A stretch of DNA of 64,000 nucleotides from Macrostomum lignano (taxonomy: Eukaryota): assembly GCA_002269645.1 (NCBI GenBank), contig NIVC01000772.1, positions 62,001-126,000 on the forward strand, in the 5' to 3' direction. The notes under the pieces were generated by a model that saw only the letters and a list, made by a program, of their open reading frames with translations, did no database searches and was not told where the DNA came from. The translations under genes and the position numbers were made by a program. This document shows positions 25,161 through 58,250 of the stretch, piece after piece; position 1 is the first letter of the stretch; each line of letters starts with the position of its first letter.

Positions 25161-27581
25161 TCAAAGAACGCCAACAAACTGTTGCTCCCCGACTGGCATA
25201 TTAATTTCATCATCAGCTTCCAGCTGTCCAGCATCTGCCTCATCCTCCTGGCGAACCGGAACCCGACAGCTAAGCAGAGGCTCAACATCGGCAGATGCAG
25301 CCTCCTTATGCCGAGTCTCCAGGTGCTTGCGCAGGTGACTCTTCTGCTTGAAGCAGAGCCGATTCGGGCACAGCGGGCACAACAGCAGGTATTTTGGATG
25401 GACATTCTTCCTGTGCTGCAGGTACTGATACCGGCTGCTAAACACTTTGTCGCAATGGACACAAGTCAGCCGATCAATGCTAGTTGAAGTGTTATTGTGC
25501 TTAGTGGACAGGTGCTGGGACAGGCCGGAGCGGCTGCTGAAGGACTTCTCGCACAGGTGGCACACAGTGGCCGCTGGGCCGCCAGCCCGGCTGCCGGGTG
25601 TGGAGACGGGCAGGATTGGCGGCTCGCAGTCCTCCAGAGCGGGGTGGGCGCTCAGCAGATGGCTGTGCAGGAGGCGGGAAGATCTGCGGTGGAGGGAAAA
25701 TGAGTTATCCTCGGTTAGCGATCTCAAATATCCCAAATCCTCGGTTAGCGATCCCAAATATCCCAAATCCTCGGTTAGCGATCCCAAATATCCTAAATCC
25801 TCGGGTTAGCGATCCCAAATATCCCAAATCCTCGGTTAGCGATCCCAAATATCCTAAATCCTCGGTTAGCGATCCCAAATATCCTAAATCCTCGGTTAGC
25901 GATCCCAAATATCCCAAATCCTCGGTTAGCGATCCCAAATATCCTAAATCCTCGGTTAGCGATCCCAAATATCCCAAATCCTCGGTTAGCGATCCCAAAT
26001 ATCCTAAATCCTCGGGTTAGCGATCCCAAATATCCCAAATCCTCGGTTAGCGATCCCAAATATCCCAAATCCTCGGTTAGCGATCCCAAATATCCCAAAT
26101 CCTCGGTTAGCGATCCCAAATATCCTAAATCCTCGGTTAGCGATCCCAAATATCCTAAATCCTCGGTTAGCGATCCCAAATATCCCAAATCTTCGGTTAG
26201 CGATCCCAAATATCCTAAATCCTCGGTTAGCGATCCCAAATATCCTAAATCCTCGGGTTAGCGATCCCAAATATCCCAAATCCACAGATAGCGATCCCAA
26301 ATCCTCAGAAAACGATCCCAAATCCTCAGATAGCAATCCTAAATCCTCATAAAGCAATCCCAAATCCTCATATAGCAACCCCAATTCCTCAGAAAGCAAT
26401 TTCAAATCCTCAGAAAGCGATCCCAAATCCTCATATAGCGATCCCAAATCCTCAGATAGCGATCCCAAATCCTCAGAAAGCGATCCCAAATCCTCAGATA
26501 GCGATCCCAAATCCTCAGATAGCGATCCCAAATCCTTAGAAAGCGATCCCAAATCCTCAGATAGCAATTCCAAATCCTCAGATAGCAATCCCAAATCCTC
26601 AGATAACAATCCCAAATCCCCAGATAGCAATCCCAAATCCTCAGATAGCGATCCCAAATCCTCAGATAGTGATCCCAAATCCTCAGATAGCGATCCCAAA
26701 TCCTCAGATAGCGATCCCAAATCCTCAGATAGCGATCCCAAATCCTCAGAAAGCGATCCCAAATCCTCAGATAGCGATCCCAAATCCTCAGATAGCAATT
26801 CCAAATCCTCAGATAGCAATCCCAAATCCTCAGATAACAATCCCAAATCCTCAGATAGCAATCCCAAATCCTCAGATAGCGATCCCAAATCCTCAGATAG
26901 CGATCCCAAATATCCCAAGAACCCAAGGCTAGCGATCCCAAATGCTCAGTTTAGCGCTCACGCATAGGCCCGTCCGCAGTGCTCGCACACGTGAATGGCT
27001 CTCAGCTTGGATGAAGCCACGGCCACAGCCGCGGACGCGGAGACGGGCTGCGAGGCTGGCGCGGCACTGGCTGAGGCCACAGCGACCAGGGCGCCAGCGG
27101 AATCGTCATGTTGAACCAGCTGATGCTGCAGCAGCTGCCACTTGCGCTGAGCAGAGTGACCGCAGAGTCCGCAGACCAGCAGCTCGAGATGAGTAGCCAT
27201 ATGAGCCGCCAGAGTAGAACCAGTAGAATCTTCATCAGAAACCACGGTCTGCTTGCACAGAGGGCAGGTGCCTCGCAGTTGATGAGGCTCAGCAGGAAGC
27301 TGGGACACGCTAACTGTAGAGTCAGCATATCGAATCTCTGTGCCATCAAGTCTGATCTGCTCCTCCAGACGCGGCTCGGCGGTCAGCACAGCTCTGCGCC
27401 ATTTCGGTCGGTGCCGAATTCGAAGCAGCACAATGCAGGGCAGGCTGCGGCTGGAGAGGCCCCGGGTAATGCCCTCAGTGACCGCCGGTTCGAGACTGTC
27501 CAGCGATATTTTCGGTATGTCGTCATAGAAATAGACAAATTTGTTTAACTGACGGCCAATGAAAACTCTGCCTACAGCCAT
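25161..27581 (-). CDS. C2H2 zinc-finger protein with six fingers, 380 aa
   Basis: Exons 27581-26962 and 25683-25161 (TATGC|GTGAGC ... CCGCAG|A, phase 2). Splicing reconstitutes a complete finger CEHCGRAYASSRLLHSHLLSAH across the intron. Other fingers: CPLC..HMATH, CGLC..HQLVQH, CHLC..HLSTKH, CVHC..HRKNVH, CPLC..HLETRH. Confidence 0.9.
25712..26940 (-). repeat. 29/21-bp composite minisatellite (GGATATTTGGGATCGCTAACCGAGGATT, then GGGATCGCTATCTGAGGATTT on the minus strand), filling the ZNF intron
   Basis: Direct reading; reverse complement of the 13.4-14.2-kb family. Confidence 0.96.
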
Positions 27582-28255
27582 GAATGCGAGTTGAGGTGGT
27601 TCGGATCAGATTTAAGATCTGAAATGCTCCCATTTTATAAGCTCAAAATGTTTCAAATAGATTTCCACTGCAACCAAAATCTTCCTGTATCCATATCTGT
27701 ACTTTAACCTATCACTTATTAACATTAAGTGTCTCATTAATGTATTGTATAAGAAGAATAACTGGGCCTTCCTCTTAACTTAAGCCTTGGCCATCCTATC
27801 CACAAAATGTACATATGGAATTAGATTTAGAATTGCTCTTATAAAAGCTTTGAAACTAGCAAAGTTCAATTTTTATTAAGTCTGAAGCTGCAAACTGGTC
27901 TAAGTATTTTAGGTTTTTAGTTTAGTGGCTAATATTACTAGATACATAATGACCTGGCCTAGATATGGAAAATTTGTTTTCATAACAATGTTTATATTAA
28001 TATATTCTACCTAGACCTTTAGATCAGAAACTTCCTATAGCTATGTACATAGCTATGGTAAAATACTAGTTTAAGACTAAAAATTCTAGCTGCTAGCTAA
28101 TAAGATTTTCAACAATGTGGTCTCCTATTTATAGAATTAACAATATGAAAAGGCCAAAGCTTGAGCCTTGAGCCTAACTAATACAAACTTATTATATAAA
28201 CTTTAACTAATAACACAAGATTAGTATATTAATTAGAGATATAGTATATTGTGAT

Positions 28256-30783
28256 GCTGTTGTTGTAGAGGTCCATCACTACAGAGATAAGAGCCGGGGG
28301 GATGCCAGAGTGCTCGAGCAGCTACGCGATCGCGCGCCGGCACACTGAGTGAAAAGCTTTGCAGAAGTCCACAAAGACAATTGACAGCTCTTTGGTGAGT
28401 TTTACAGGCCTCGACGACTGCTTGAAGGGCTGCAATCTGCTCTGTTGTTGAGCGGCCGGGCCTGAAGCCACTTTGGAGGCTCAGGATCATTTGGTTGAGG
28501 CCAGGCAGCAGCCGATTATGCAGCATAGCATTGAGCAGCTTAGCCAGAGTGCATTCCAGAGCGATGCTGCGTTGGTTGTCCAGACTGGTGGATGCGCCCT
28601 TCTTGGGGATGGAGACGATCTTAGAGGTGCGCCAGTTGTCAGCAACAGTAGCATCTGGGTTGCCTCCAAGCAGACAGTGCTTGTTGAGCACAGTTGTGAT
28701 GTCCTGTGTCAGCTCCGGCAGCTTGAGCACCCTGGGTGGAATGCCATCTACTCCGGCGGCAGCGTTGAGGCGCATGGTCTTAAGCACTTGGCTCACCTCG
28801 TAGGCAGTCAGCGGGCCAGAGTTGAAAGTCGAGGGCTCAGCCAGGGTAAAGTTTTCGATCGGCAGCAAATCAGCAGAGGGTGGTGGAGCGTTGAGCACAT
28901 TGTGGTAGTGAGTGGCCAGCAGGGCTTTGCGATGGTGTATGGACTCAGCACCTACAGCGGCATTGGCCCTCTGCTTCCTGCCAGTCAGGCGGTTGATGGC
29001 ATGCCAGGCCGCTGTGTGCCGGCAGTTGTCTGTTGCTAGTTGAATTTCAGCAACAGCCTCCTGGACAAAGGCTTCAGTCCTCTGGGCATGTGTGTCGCAT
29101 AGTTGGGCTCAAGCTGTTTCAGCATGCTCACTGTCTTGGCCAAAGACTGTGGTTGTTCTTTGCACGTCGCGCCTAGCGATGGAGATCTCCTCGTCAGAGT
29201 CCCAGAGGGCTTTTGGCTGGTGCGGTTTTCGTTTTGGGAGGATCAAGGATCAAGGCAGCTTTCTCAACAGCTCTGGTGAAGGCGTCTGCCAATTCATTCA
29301 AGGCCGGAGTAGCATTTTGCAGCTTTTCAATGAACGCACTGCGCGTTCAACAGCAAAGCCTTTGTCCAAACCAGCGATGGCCCAACTGAGGACTTCTGCA
29401 CCAGCTCCGGAGTCCTCCAAGGTGACACGTTGGCCCCTCTGCTCTTCATCCTTGTTGTCGACTACGTGCTGCGCCGAAGCCTCACAGAGAAGACAGTTAC
29501 CTGCTGGCGTCACGCCGGAGCTCCTGCCGCGGTGCTGCCCCTTTGCTCGCCCTTGCATATGCCAACGACATCGCCCTGCTGTGCTGCAGTCTGACTGCCA
29601 CCCAGAGAACACTCTCGAGACTCTATGAGGAGAGTGCCCAAGTCGGACTGCAAATCAACGCATGCAAGACGGAGGTGCTGCACATGGACACCGATGCAGC
29701 ACTAGAGGTCGGACGGGATGAAATCTTCGGGCGGGATCGGGATCGGGAATAATTTTTTTCTCGGGATCGGGATCGGGATCAGGATTCGGGAATCGGGATC
29801 AAGTCTTTTAGTGTATTGTAGCTTGTAGGTCCATATAAAGTTAAACAAAATTGAGCTAAAAATGTCAAGATCAAAAAGTAGAATACAACAAAATTGATGC
29901 AAAGTTTTGTAACCAACAAATTAATAATGTAATGAGTACAAGGTAAAACAAAATACATTTAAGTAATCACTAATTCTATAAATTTTTAAACAAAATACCT
30001 GTTCCCCTTTCTCGTGTTTTTTAGGGTCGGGATTCTAGTCCCGCGGGAATCCAATTTTCCTTGGGATCCCGAGATTTCGGGATCAGGATCGGGATCCTGT
30101 CCAACCTCTATGCAGCACCAATCTTGACCCTACCAGATGGGCAAGTCATTTCAGTCTACAGAGACTTCTGATACCTGGGCTCCCTTGTGATGAGCCCTGA
30201 CTCCATCATTGCTGACCAGAGGTCACAGGCCTGGCGCGCAGCTCATCTCCTCAGGGAGGTCTTCAGCTCAGCTGCTAACAACAACCTGAAGATGCACCTG
30301 TTCCACGCTGCCATAGAGCCAATCTTCCTGTACGGACTGGAGGCAGTGCCAATGACCGACTCGAGGTCTCAAGCCCTGGACGCTGCCTACCAATCACTGC
30401 TGCAGTTCACCCTTGGCATCCATTACCCAGAGCGGCTGCTAACAGATCTGCTGATGGTGAAAGCCTATGTGCTTCAGCTCAATGCCACCCTTCAATGGCG
30501 CTGGCTAATGCTCATTGGCCACTGCCTTCGCAGCTATGGCAGAGGGGAGCAAAACCCACTGGCGCTTACCTTGCTGCATCAGCCAACTGAGTGTCTCCGA
30601 TGGGGCCAAGGCCAGACTGCCACAATTATTGCCATGTTAGAGTCTGACCTACTAGCCATTAACCTAACCCCACAATCTGTCACAAACTGTTTTTCTTATC
30701 TTTTTTGCGAGTTTGTGCACACAAGATGCCTACTATAATCTTTGGGTCCTTATATATATAGATAAAGATATATATATATATAC
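28256..30783. mobile_element. 5'-truncated, 5'-inverted non-LTR retrotransposon (RTE-like reverse transcriptase), degenerate, with 10-bp TSD ATATTGTGAT (28246-28255 / 30784-30793)
   Basis: The minus segment 28255-~29345 encodes AAGVDGIP, WRTSKIVSIPKKG, NQRSIAL..AKLLNAMLHNRL, QSGFRPGRSTTEQI, FVDFxKAF. The plus segment from ~29348 encodes NSKAFVQTSDG..GVLQGDTLAPLLF, LAYANDIALL, DF*YLGS and KMHLFHAAIEPIFLYGLE..LIGHCLR. It has a (TA)n-rich tail, frameshifts and stops. Confidence 0.9.
29703..30110. mobile_element. 408-bp hAT-type MITE nested in the LINE RT region
   Basis: 8-bp TSD TGCAGCAC at 29695-29702 and 30111-30118. TIRs are TAGAGGTCGGACGGGAT and (reverse complement) TAGAGGTTGGACAGGAT, 15/17 identical. 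Subterminal CGGGAT repeats at both ends; AT-rich core. Removing it restores the RT frame TEVLHMDTDAAPILTLPDG. Confidence 0.93.
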
Positions 30784-32135
30784 ATATTGTGATAGTGTTA
30801 AAAGTATATTAATAATAGACCTTGAGATATAGGAGCTACTTGTAGATAAGAAAAATACCATCCTATAACCATGTCCAAATTGGCATATTTATATCCCTAT
30901 TGCAGTACATGGCTTAGATGTACCAGATGTCTACCCTAATTGTGCCATGGTAGCACCCAAGGAAGATTGATACTGATAGGCAGATTAGAGAGGGGGAGCT
31001 TTGCTTTGCCATACTACACTGTGCCTCCTATTGCCTCCCACCACTTTGCCACACCATGCCATTTCTCCTGCTGCTCTCTTATTTGTAGTTTGTAGCAAAT
31101 TTTTCTTTGTAAGGCCAATTTATTAATATTAACAATCACTGTTTGCTTATTTAGTTATTATTAAAATTATACAAGTAGACGGTAGTAAATAGTGAAATTT
31201 AAAAACAAAATACAAATAGGTCTATAGCTAGGCTACTATCTAATAAGCCATACCAGTAAGTAAGAGTAGGCCTAAGTGAACCTAAAAATATTGTTTCATG
31301 TAAGAATAAATTTTAAGATTAATAAGAATATCTAACTCATACAGTCATGGACATTGAAATGAAAGCTTTTAGTCACATATTAAAACTGGAGATGCAGTCT
31401 ATCATAAAAACTTTAGAGTCTTGCATATTAGACTTAGACAGTGTGTGTTTGTCAAGGACTTAAGTCGTCCTTGGTCTTGGAGTTATGCACCATATCGCCC
31501 ATATGCCATATATGCAATGCGTCATCATACATAGTGCTCAATGCGACAAAGAGAGCCATCAGGGACCGATTTTTTTATAATTTTGGATAATTTCATTCAA
31601 AATGGACATAAAAATCGACATGAATTACTTGGTTATTTATTACAATCGGACTTCAGCTGTAATAAAATTTGCAAATACAAGAAAAACACAACGTGCGTGT
31701 GACGTCCGTATCAATTGCTTGATATGATGTTTTGACTTAATTCCGAGTTTTCTTAAAAAATCTGTAACAACAAAAACAAAAGCCTTCAATAAAACTTACT
31801 TAAAGAAGTGATTTGACAGTAAAAATAGCATATATGACTTCAAATATCTTAACTAAAATATATTACTATTTATTATGTTCTTTATTTATTGTGTGAAGAC
31901 TCGAAAAGTTTTTGTATTTTTTTTAATTCAAAGAATAAACTAAGAATTCTTAGTTCGATTGCATGCATGTGTTCGGTCCCGAAATGGACAAATGAGACAA
32001 AATGTGACTGTGTTGGTGATTAAAGATCAAATTATTTATTTGAAATCACTTCAAAAATAATTTTAGGCCTTTTGGTGTGCCTTCTACTGACGTCATGCCA
32101 ATAGTTAGTGTTGCCTTGGTGGATTTCAGTATAGA

Positions 32136-52580
<20,445 letters not shown>

Positions 52581-52600
52581 GTGAGTGAGGTGCCCGCGAT

Positions 52601-52790
52601 GGCTTGCCGTAGCCCAGTGGTCTCGCATGGCGCTCTGATGTGCCAGCGGCCCAGGTTCGATTCCAAGTTGCAGTCGCATTAATTTGGGGCTAAATTGGAA
52701 TATCGGCTTGGCTCTGCTCGTGCAATTATCTCCTCTGAGGGCCAACCCCCAAGGCACAGTGAAGCGTACATGCCTAACGATAAATAAAGT
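52601..52790 (+). mobile_element. tRNA-derived SINE, copy 2 (more intact), 20 bp after the unc-13 exon 10 donor
   Basis: A box TAGCCCAGTGG (52610-52620), B box GGTTCGATTCC (52654-52664), body shared with 1505-1658, GATAAATAAA tail. Confidence 0.85.
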
Positions 52791-53039
52791 TAGGGCCGCT
52801 GTACACTCCTGTGTGAGTGTGTGCCTGTGCGTATGACTCGGGGGCTCAGGGGAGTCGGTGGAATGGGCAGTAATGCCTCTCGCCGGTTGTGTAACAATGT
52901 CGCTTGAAGTGCGCAAGAGTCCACACAGCCCTCCTTCTTCTACTAAATTAATGGTGGTCGCTTGACTGGTTCAATTGGGTCAGAATTCCACTGGCCAATC
53001 AAAAAGCACGGAGGGGGTAGAGTTTTTATTAGGGGAGTC

Positions 53040-53290
53040 TCGGCCGTCCAATAAGAATGCGCGGATAGTGAAGGCCTTTTTATGGGGGGTTTCGGCTGTC
53101 CAATAAAAATGCGCCAATAGGAAAGGGCGATTTTTATGGGGGTTTCGGCGGTCCAATAGAAATGCGCCAATAGGAAAGGGCGATTTTTATGGGGGTTTCG
53201 GCGGTCCAATAAAAATGCGCCAATAGGAAAGGGCGATTTTTATGGGGGTTTCGGCTGTCTAATAAAAATGCGCGGATTGGAAAGGGCCTT
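53040..53290. repeat. ~53-bp minisatellite, ~5 copies, with up to two CCAAT per unit
   Basis: Unit CCAATAAAAATGCGCCAATAGGAAAGGGCGATTTTTATGGGGGTTTCGGCGGT. Confidence 0.9.
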
Positions 53291-54130
53291 TTTGAGACCT
53301 TCAAGTGTCTAGCTTACGTTAGCTTTTTTAGATTTTTTTCTAATTTAGCACAGAAAAACTTTTAACAATGTCCAACTTCCAGCTGTCAAGAGGGCTATTT
53401 CGAGTTGACTTACTCGTAGATTTATTTATAGGGCGAGTTGTAAAATTCTGATTTTTTTGCATATCAGCTTTGCCGGCACCTTTTCAACTGTAATCGCTGA
53501 GTGACTCAACATTCTGTCCTCTTCTGCTATTCGTTCCGCCCCAACTCTGTCAATGTAAATCTTCCCTATTGCCGGGAATTTTATCTGAAACTTTTTGTGA
53601 GCTATTTCCTGCAATCGGACGCGTTAAAAATGGCGACAGGCCCGCCAGAACCCCGCCTTGTTGGTGGGAACTCAACATATGAGTGCGGCAAATGACGGGC
53701 CTGAAGACCTGAGAGACCAGTCAGCCAATGCGAGTGCAGCTCGGCTAGGCAAAGTCTTTAAACTACAATGCGGAGAACGAGGCCGAGCTTGAGAGTGGAT
53801 TAGCAACTCAGTATAGTGGATAAACACAGCCCTCCATACTATCCATAGTCTATCCCAGCAATAATTTTCCCCACGCCGAATAATAGCAGCCAACGATTTT
53901 CGAGTCCGGGGGCGCACCCATCCGGTGTGGAGGGAGTCGCGGTCTGAACTGTTGAGCAGTTTTGGCTGATTCACGAGAAAAAATTATCTATATAGAGAGC
54001 AAAAGTTGGAGTTTAAAAATTTGCTTTAACCCAGTAAGGGGTATATTGTAGGTCAATAGAACAGTAAACCTGCTCAGCCAGGAGTCTGGCTCAGTTTCTG
54101 CTTTGCTAAAGAAACCCTGAAAGACAAAGA

Positions 54131-54388
54131 ATGTCGACTGTAAACAAGAAGGCGGACAACTCCGATCCAGTCTCTGCGCCTCATCTAGGAGCTCTGGTCA
54201 AGCGCTACTCTGAGCACATTCTGGCTGCCGAGTCCGGAGCGACAGCAACATCTCGCGGGCATCGGGGCAGTCTGGACAGCAGCAGCAGCAGCAGCAGTGG
54301 CGTCACTCTTCTTGAAATGGCTAACAGAGCGGCTGCCGCAGCAGCAGCTTCGAAGCAGAAAACTCGACAGAAAGTTGAGCAGAAAACT
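54131..54388 (+). CDS. Probable alternative first coding exon of unc-13 (86 codons, MSTVNKKADNSDPV...KVEQKT)
   Basis: ATG with A at -3; in-frame stop at 54107; GC-rich codon style with a polyS/polyA tract; strong phase-0 donor ACT|GTAAGA, the same phase as the exon 10 donor. No homology recognised. Confidence 0.55.
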
Positions 54389-55792
54389 GTAAGAAATCTG
54401 AGCTCTGCAACTACAGGAAAATTAGGATTGAAAAGTGCTGTTTATGCGTGCATCTGACAGGTCTGGCCCTGGATACTGGAATAACTAGATGGGCCACTCA
54501 GCACATTTGCGTGTAAGCTACTTTCAGTTCAGTAGTAAATTAAACAGAAGCATTTAAATGCATGTTTAAAGCCAAGGCTCATTTATTGGCTCTTTACCCC
54601 CAGCTTAAACCCTCCAGCCGCGCCTTTCCACACTCCCCCGCCTCAGTTTTTATTGCCTTCTCGGAATTCCAGCCTAAAGCTGCCATGTACATTTCAGAGG
54701 ACTGGCTAATGTACATTATGGCTGAACCAATTAGCAAGTTGTTTACGCCTGCAAGCCCGGGCTTCTAAGCTTATCAAAGTCATTTCAGCCGCCTTTATTT
54801 TTATAAAATAGCTTATGTATTCTTTTTTGCTACTGAACTGAAGGTAGAAAGCTGTTTTACTAAGCATACTGCCTGAGTTATTTTAGTATCTGTGGCTCTG
54901 ACTAACGAGGACTTCTTGCAGTGGAAGTGTGTGCGGCAACTTAAAATTACTTTAAACCTACATTTCCACTTTAGTAGTCCTTGACTGACGCTTCCGAACC
55001 ATTGTACCCATTCGATAGGTAGCGTACAGATCGCCCCAGATCAGCCCAGAACCAGCCAGCATCAGATATCGCAAATGAAAGATAAAATCCCAAGAAAATT
55101 TAGCCAAAAAGCAATTACGCGATTATACGAGTATCCTGAGGGCTAGCCACGGTTGCCTCACAAGTATTACTTAGACTAGTAAAACATATAAAAGTGCTTC
55201 CATTTCCGTTGCAACTAAAAATGTCAATTACGTTATTAAAAACAACAAAAGGCCGAAGCCAGTCGCAGTCGTTGGACTCAGTCGATCAGGCAAAGAGTCG
55301 TTGCCGCCTCGCTGTTTGTAAGTTTCTTCTTCCGCTTCGCTTGCTCCAAATTTACCAAAGTCACTCAGCGACTACACACTGTACTGTATTTTTGTGCGAA
55401 AAAAAAGCATCTGCATTTTTGTCCACCTTCTCTACTAACAGTAGAGTGAAATGCGGTCGGAAATTATTTTTGCTTTAAATTAATTTAAAGTTAATTCAGG
55501 ATATGAGTAGAAGAGAAAAGTGAGTCTGTTGCCTTCACGCGGAGAATTGCCTCCCCCCTCCCCACCTAAATCATCCCACAGCTCTTACTCGCTCTCTACC
55601 CAGTGCCGTATCTCTTCCCCTTCTCATTTCCTTCCTCTCTCTATTATGAAACCGAAATCTTTAAGCTGATAAAAAGTGCACCGCACTCCCTGGTGATTGG
55701 GGAGAATATTTGTGAAGAACGGCTCGTCAGGGGTTGCGCTTGAATAGATATTAACCGCTGTGGTAGAGGCTGGCACAGCTGCCTACCTGCCC

Positions 55793-56615
<823 letters not shown>

Positions 56616-57074
56616 ATCTTTTTGTGAATCACTCCTATAGCCTCTGAGCCCCCACTTGTCATTGTCATCCATCAGCAGTTCAGCAGGCAGTTTTTTTCAG
56701 CAAACATTCATTTCCCCCTCTCAACATCGTGGCCTGTCTATTGGCAGGGCGGGTTTGCTAGCTAGTTCTAACTACATGTGGTACAGAATACCTGGCATTT
56801 ATTCCCCGGGATCCTGCTGAGTAGTTTTGTATCCAAATTCCTAGTCTGCCATCGCCCACTCACTCTGCCTCCCTCTCTGCTCCTCTTAGTCTCAACCCAA
56901 CTCACTCAAACGTGAAAACAGCAGCTCTGCGCTCTCCAGCTGTGAGTCGTGCAGGTCGCCCAGTCTCTGCTGACAGAATTGAATTGTTCTCAACTAAGCT
57001 TAACTGTAATTTTGAGTGATAGCTGTTACTTTAACCTGTTTTAATCGAGGGGTAGTTTTTAAGCTTTATAAGAT

Positions 57075-58004
57075 CAGAGACCAGAGACCACAGAGAGACC
57101 AGAGAGATCAGGGATAGACCACAGAGAGACCACATAGAGAGACCGCATAGTGAGATCAAAAAGACCAGAGAGAGACCATAAAGAGAGACCACAAACAGAG
57201 ATCACAGAGAGACCACATAGACCAGAGAGAGACCACAGAGACCAGAGAGACCACAGAGACCAGAGAGAGAGACCACAGAGACCAGAGAGAGAGACCACAG
57301 AGACCAGAGAGAGAGACCACAGAGACCAGAGAGAGAGACCACAGAGACCAGAGAGAGAGACCACAGAGACCAGAGAGACCAGAGAGACAGACCACAGAGA
57401 CCAGAGAGAGAGACCACAGAGACCAGAGAGAGAGACCACAGAGACCAGAGAGAGAGACCACAGAGACCAGAGAGACCAGAGAGAGAGACCACAGAGACCA
57501 GAGAGAGAGACCACAGAGACCAGAGAGAGAGACCACAGAGACCAGAGAGAGAGACCACAGAGACCAGAGAGACCAGAGAGACAGACCACAGAGACCAGAG
57601 AGAGAGACCACAGAGACCAGAGAGAGAGACCACAGAGACCAGAGAGACCAGAGAGAGAGACCACAGAGACCAGAGAGACCAGAGAGAGAGACCACAGAGA
57701 CCAGAGAGAGAGACCACAGAGACCAGAGAGAGAGACCACAGAGACCAGAGAGAGAGACCACAGAGACCAGAGAGAGAGACCACAGAGACCAGAGAGAGAG
57801 ACCACAGAGACCAGAGAGAGAGACCACAGAGACCAGAGAGAGAGACCACAGAGACCAGAGAGAGAGACCACAGAGACCAGAGAGACCAGAGAGAGAGAGA
57901 GAGAGACCACAGAGACCAGAGAGAGAGACCACAGAGACCAGAGAGAGAGACCACAGAGACCAGAGAGAGAGAGAGACCACAGAGACCAGAGAGAGAGACC
58001 ACAG

Positions 58005-58036
<32 letters not shown>

Positions 58037-58250
58037 ACACAGAGACCAGAGAGACCACAGAGACCAGAGAGACCACAGAGCTCAGAGAGACCACCGCAGA
58101 GCTTAGAGAGACCACAGAGCTTAGAGAGACCACTACAGAGCTCAGAGAGACCAGAGACGAGAGAGCTCAGAGAGACCAGAGACCGGAGACCACAGAGACC
58201 AGAGAGACCAGAGAGACCAGAGAGAACAGAGAGACCAGTCAGAGATGCCA
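57075..58250. repeat. ~22-bp purine-rich minisatellite (GAGACCACAGAGACCAGAGAGA)
   Basis: Direct reading. Confidence 0.96.

Noticed and set aside
28233-30738. LINE ORFs as an active host or retroelement gene
   Set aside because: Frameshifts, premature stops (e.g. DF*YLGS), YANDI in place of YADD, the inversion and the MITE insertion; no endonuclease or 5' end is present.
31561-31980. Possible MITE bounded by GGGACCGA...TCGGTCCC
   Set aside because: Only an 8-bp inverted match and no TSD found.
52601-52675. tRNA gene
   Set aside because: A and B boxes are present, but no acceptor stem closes and the sequence continues into a body shared with another copy, so it is a SINE head.
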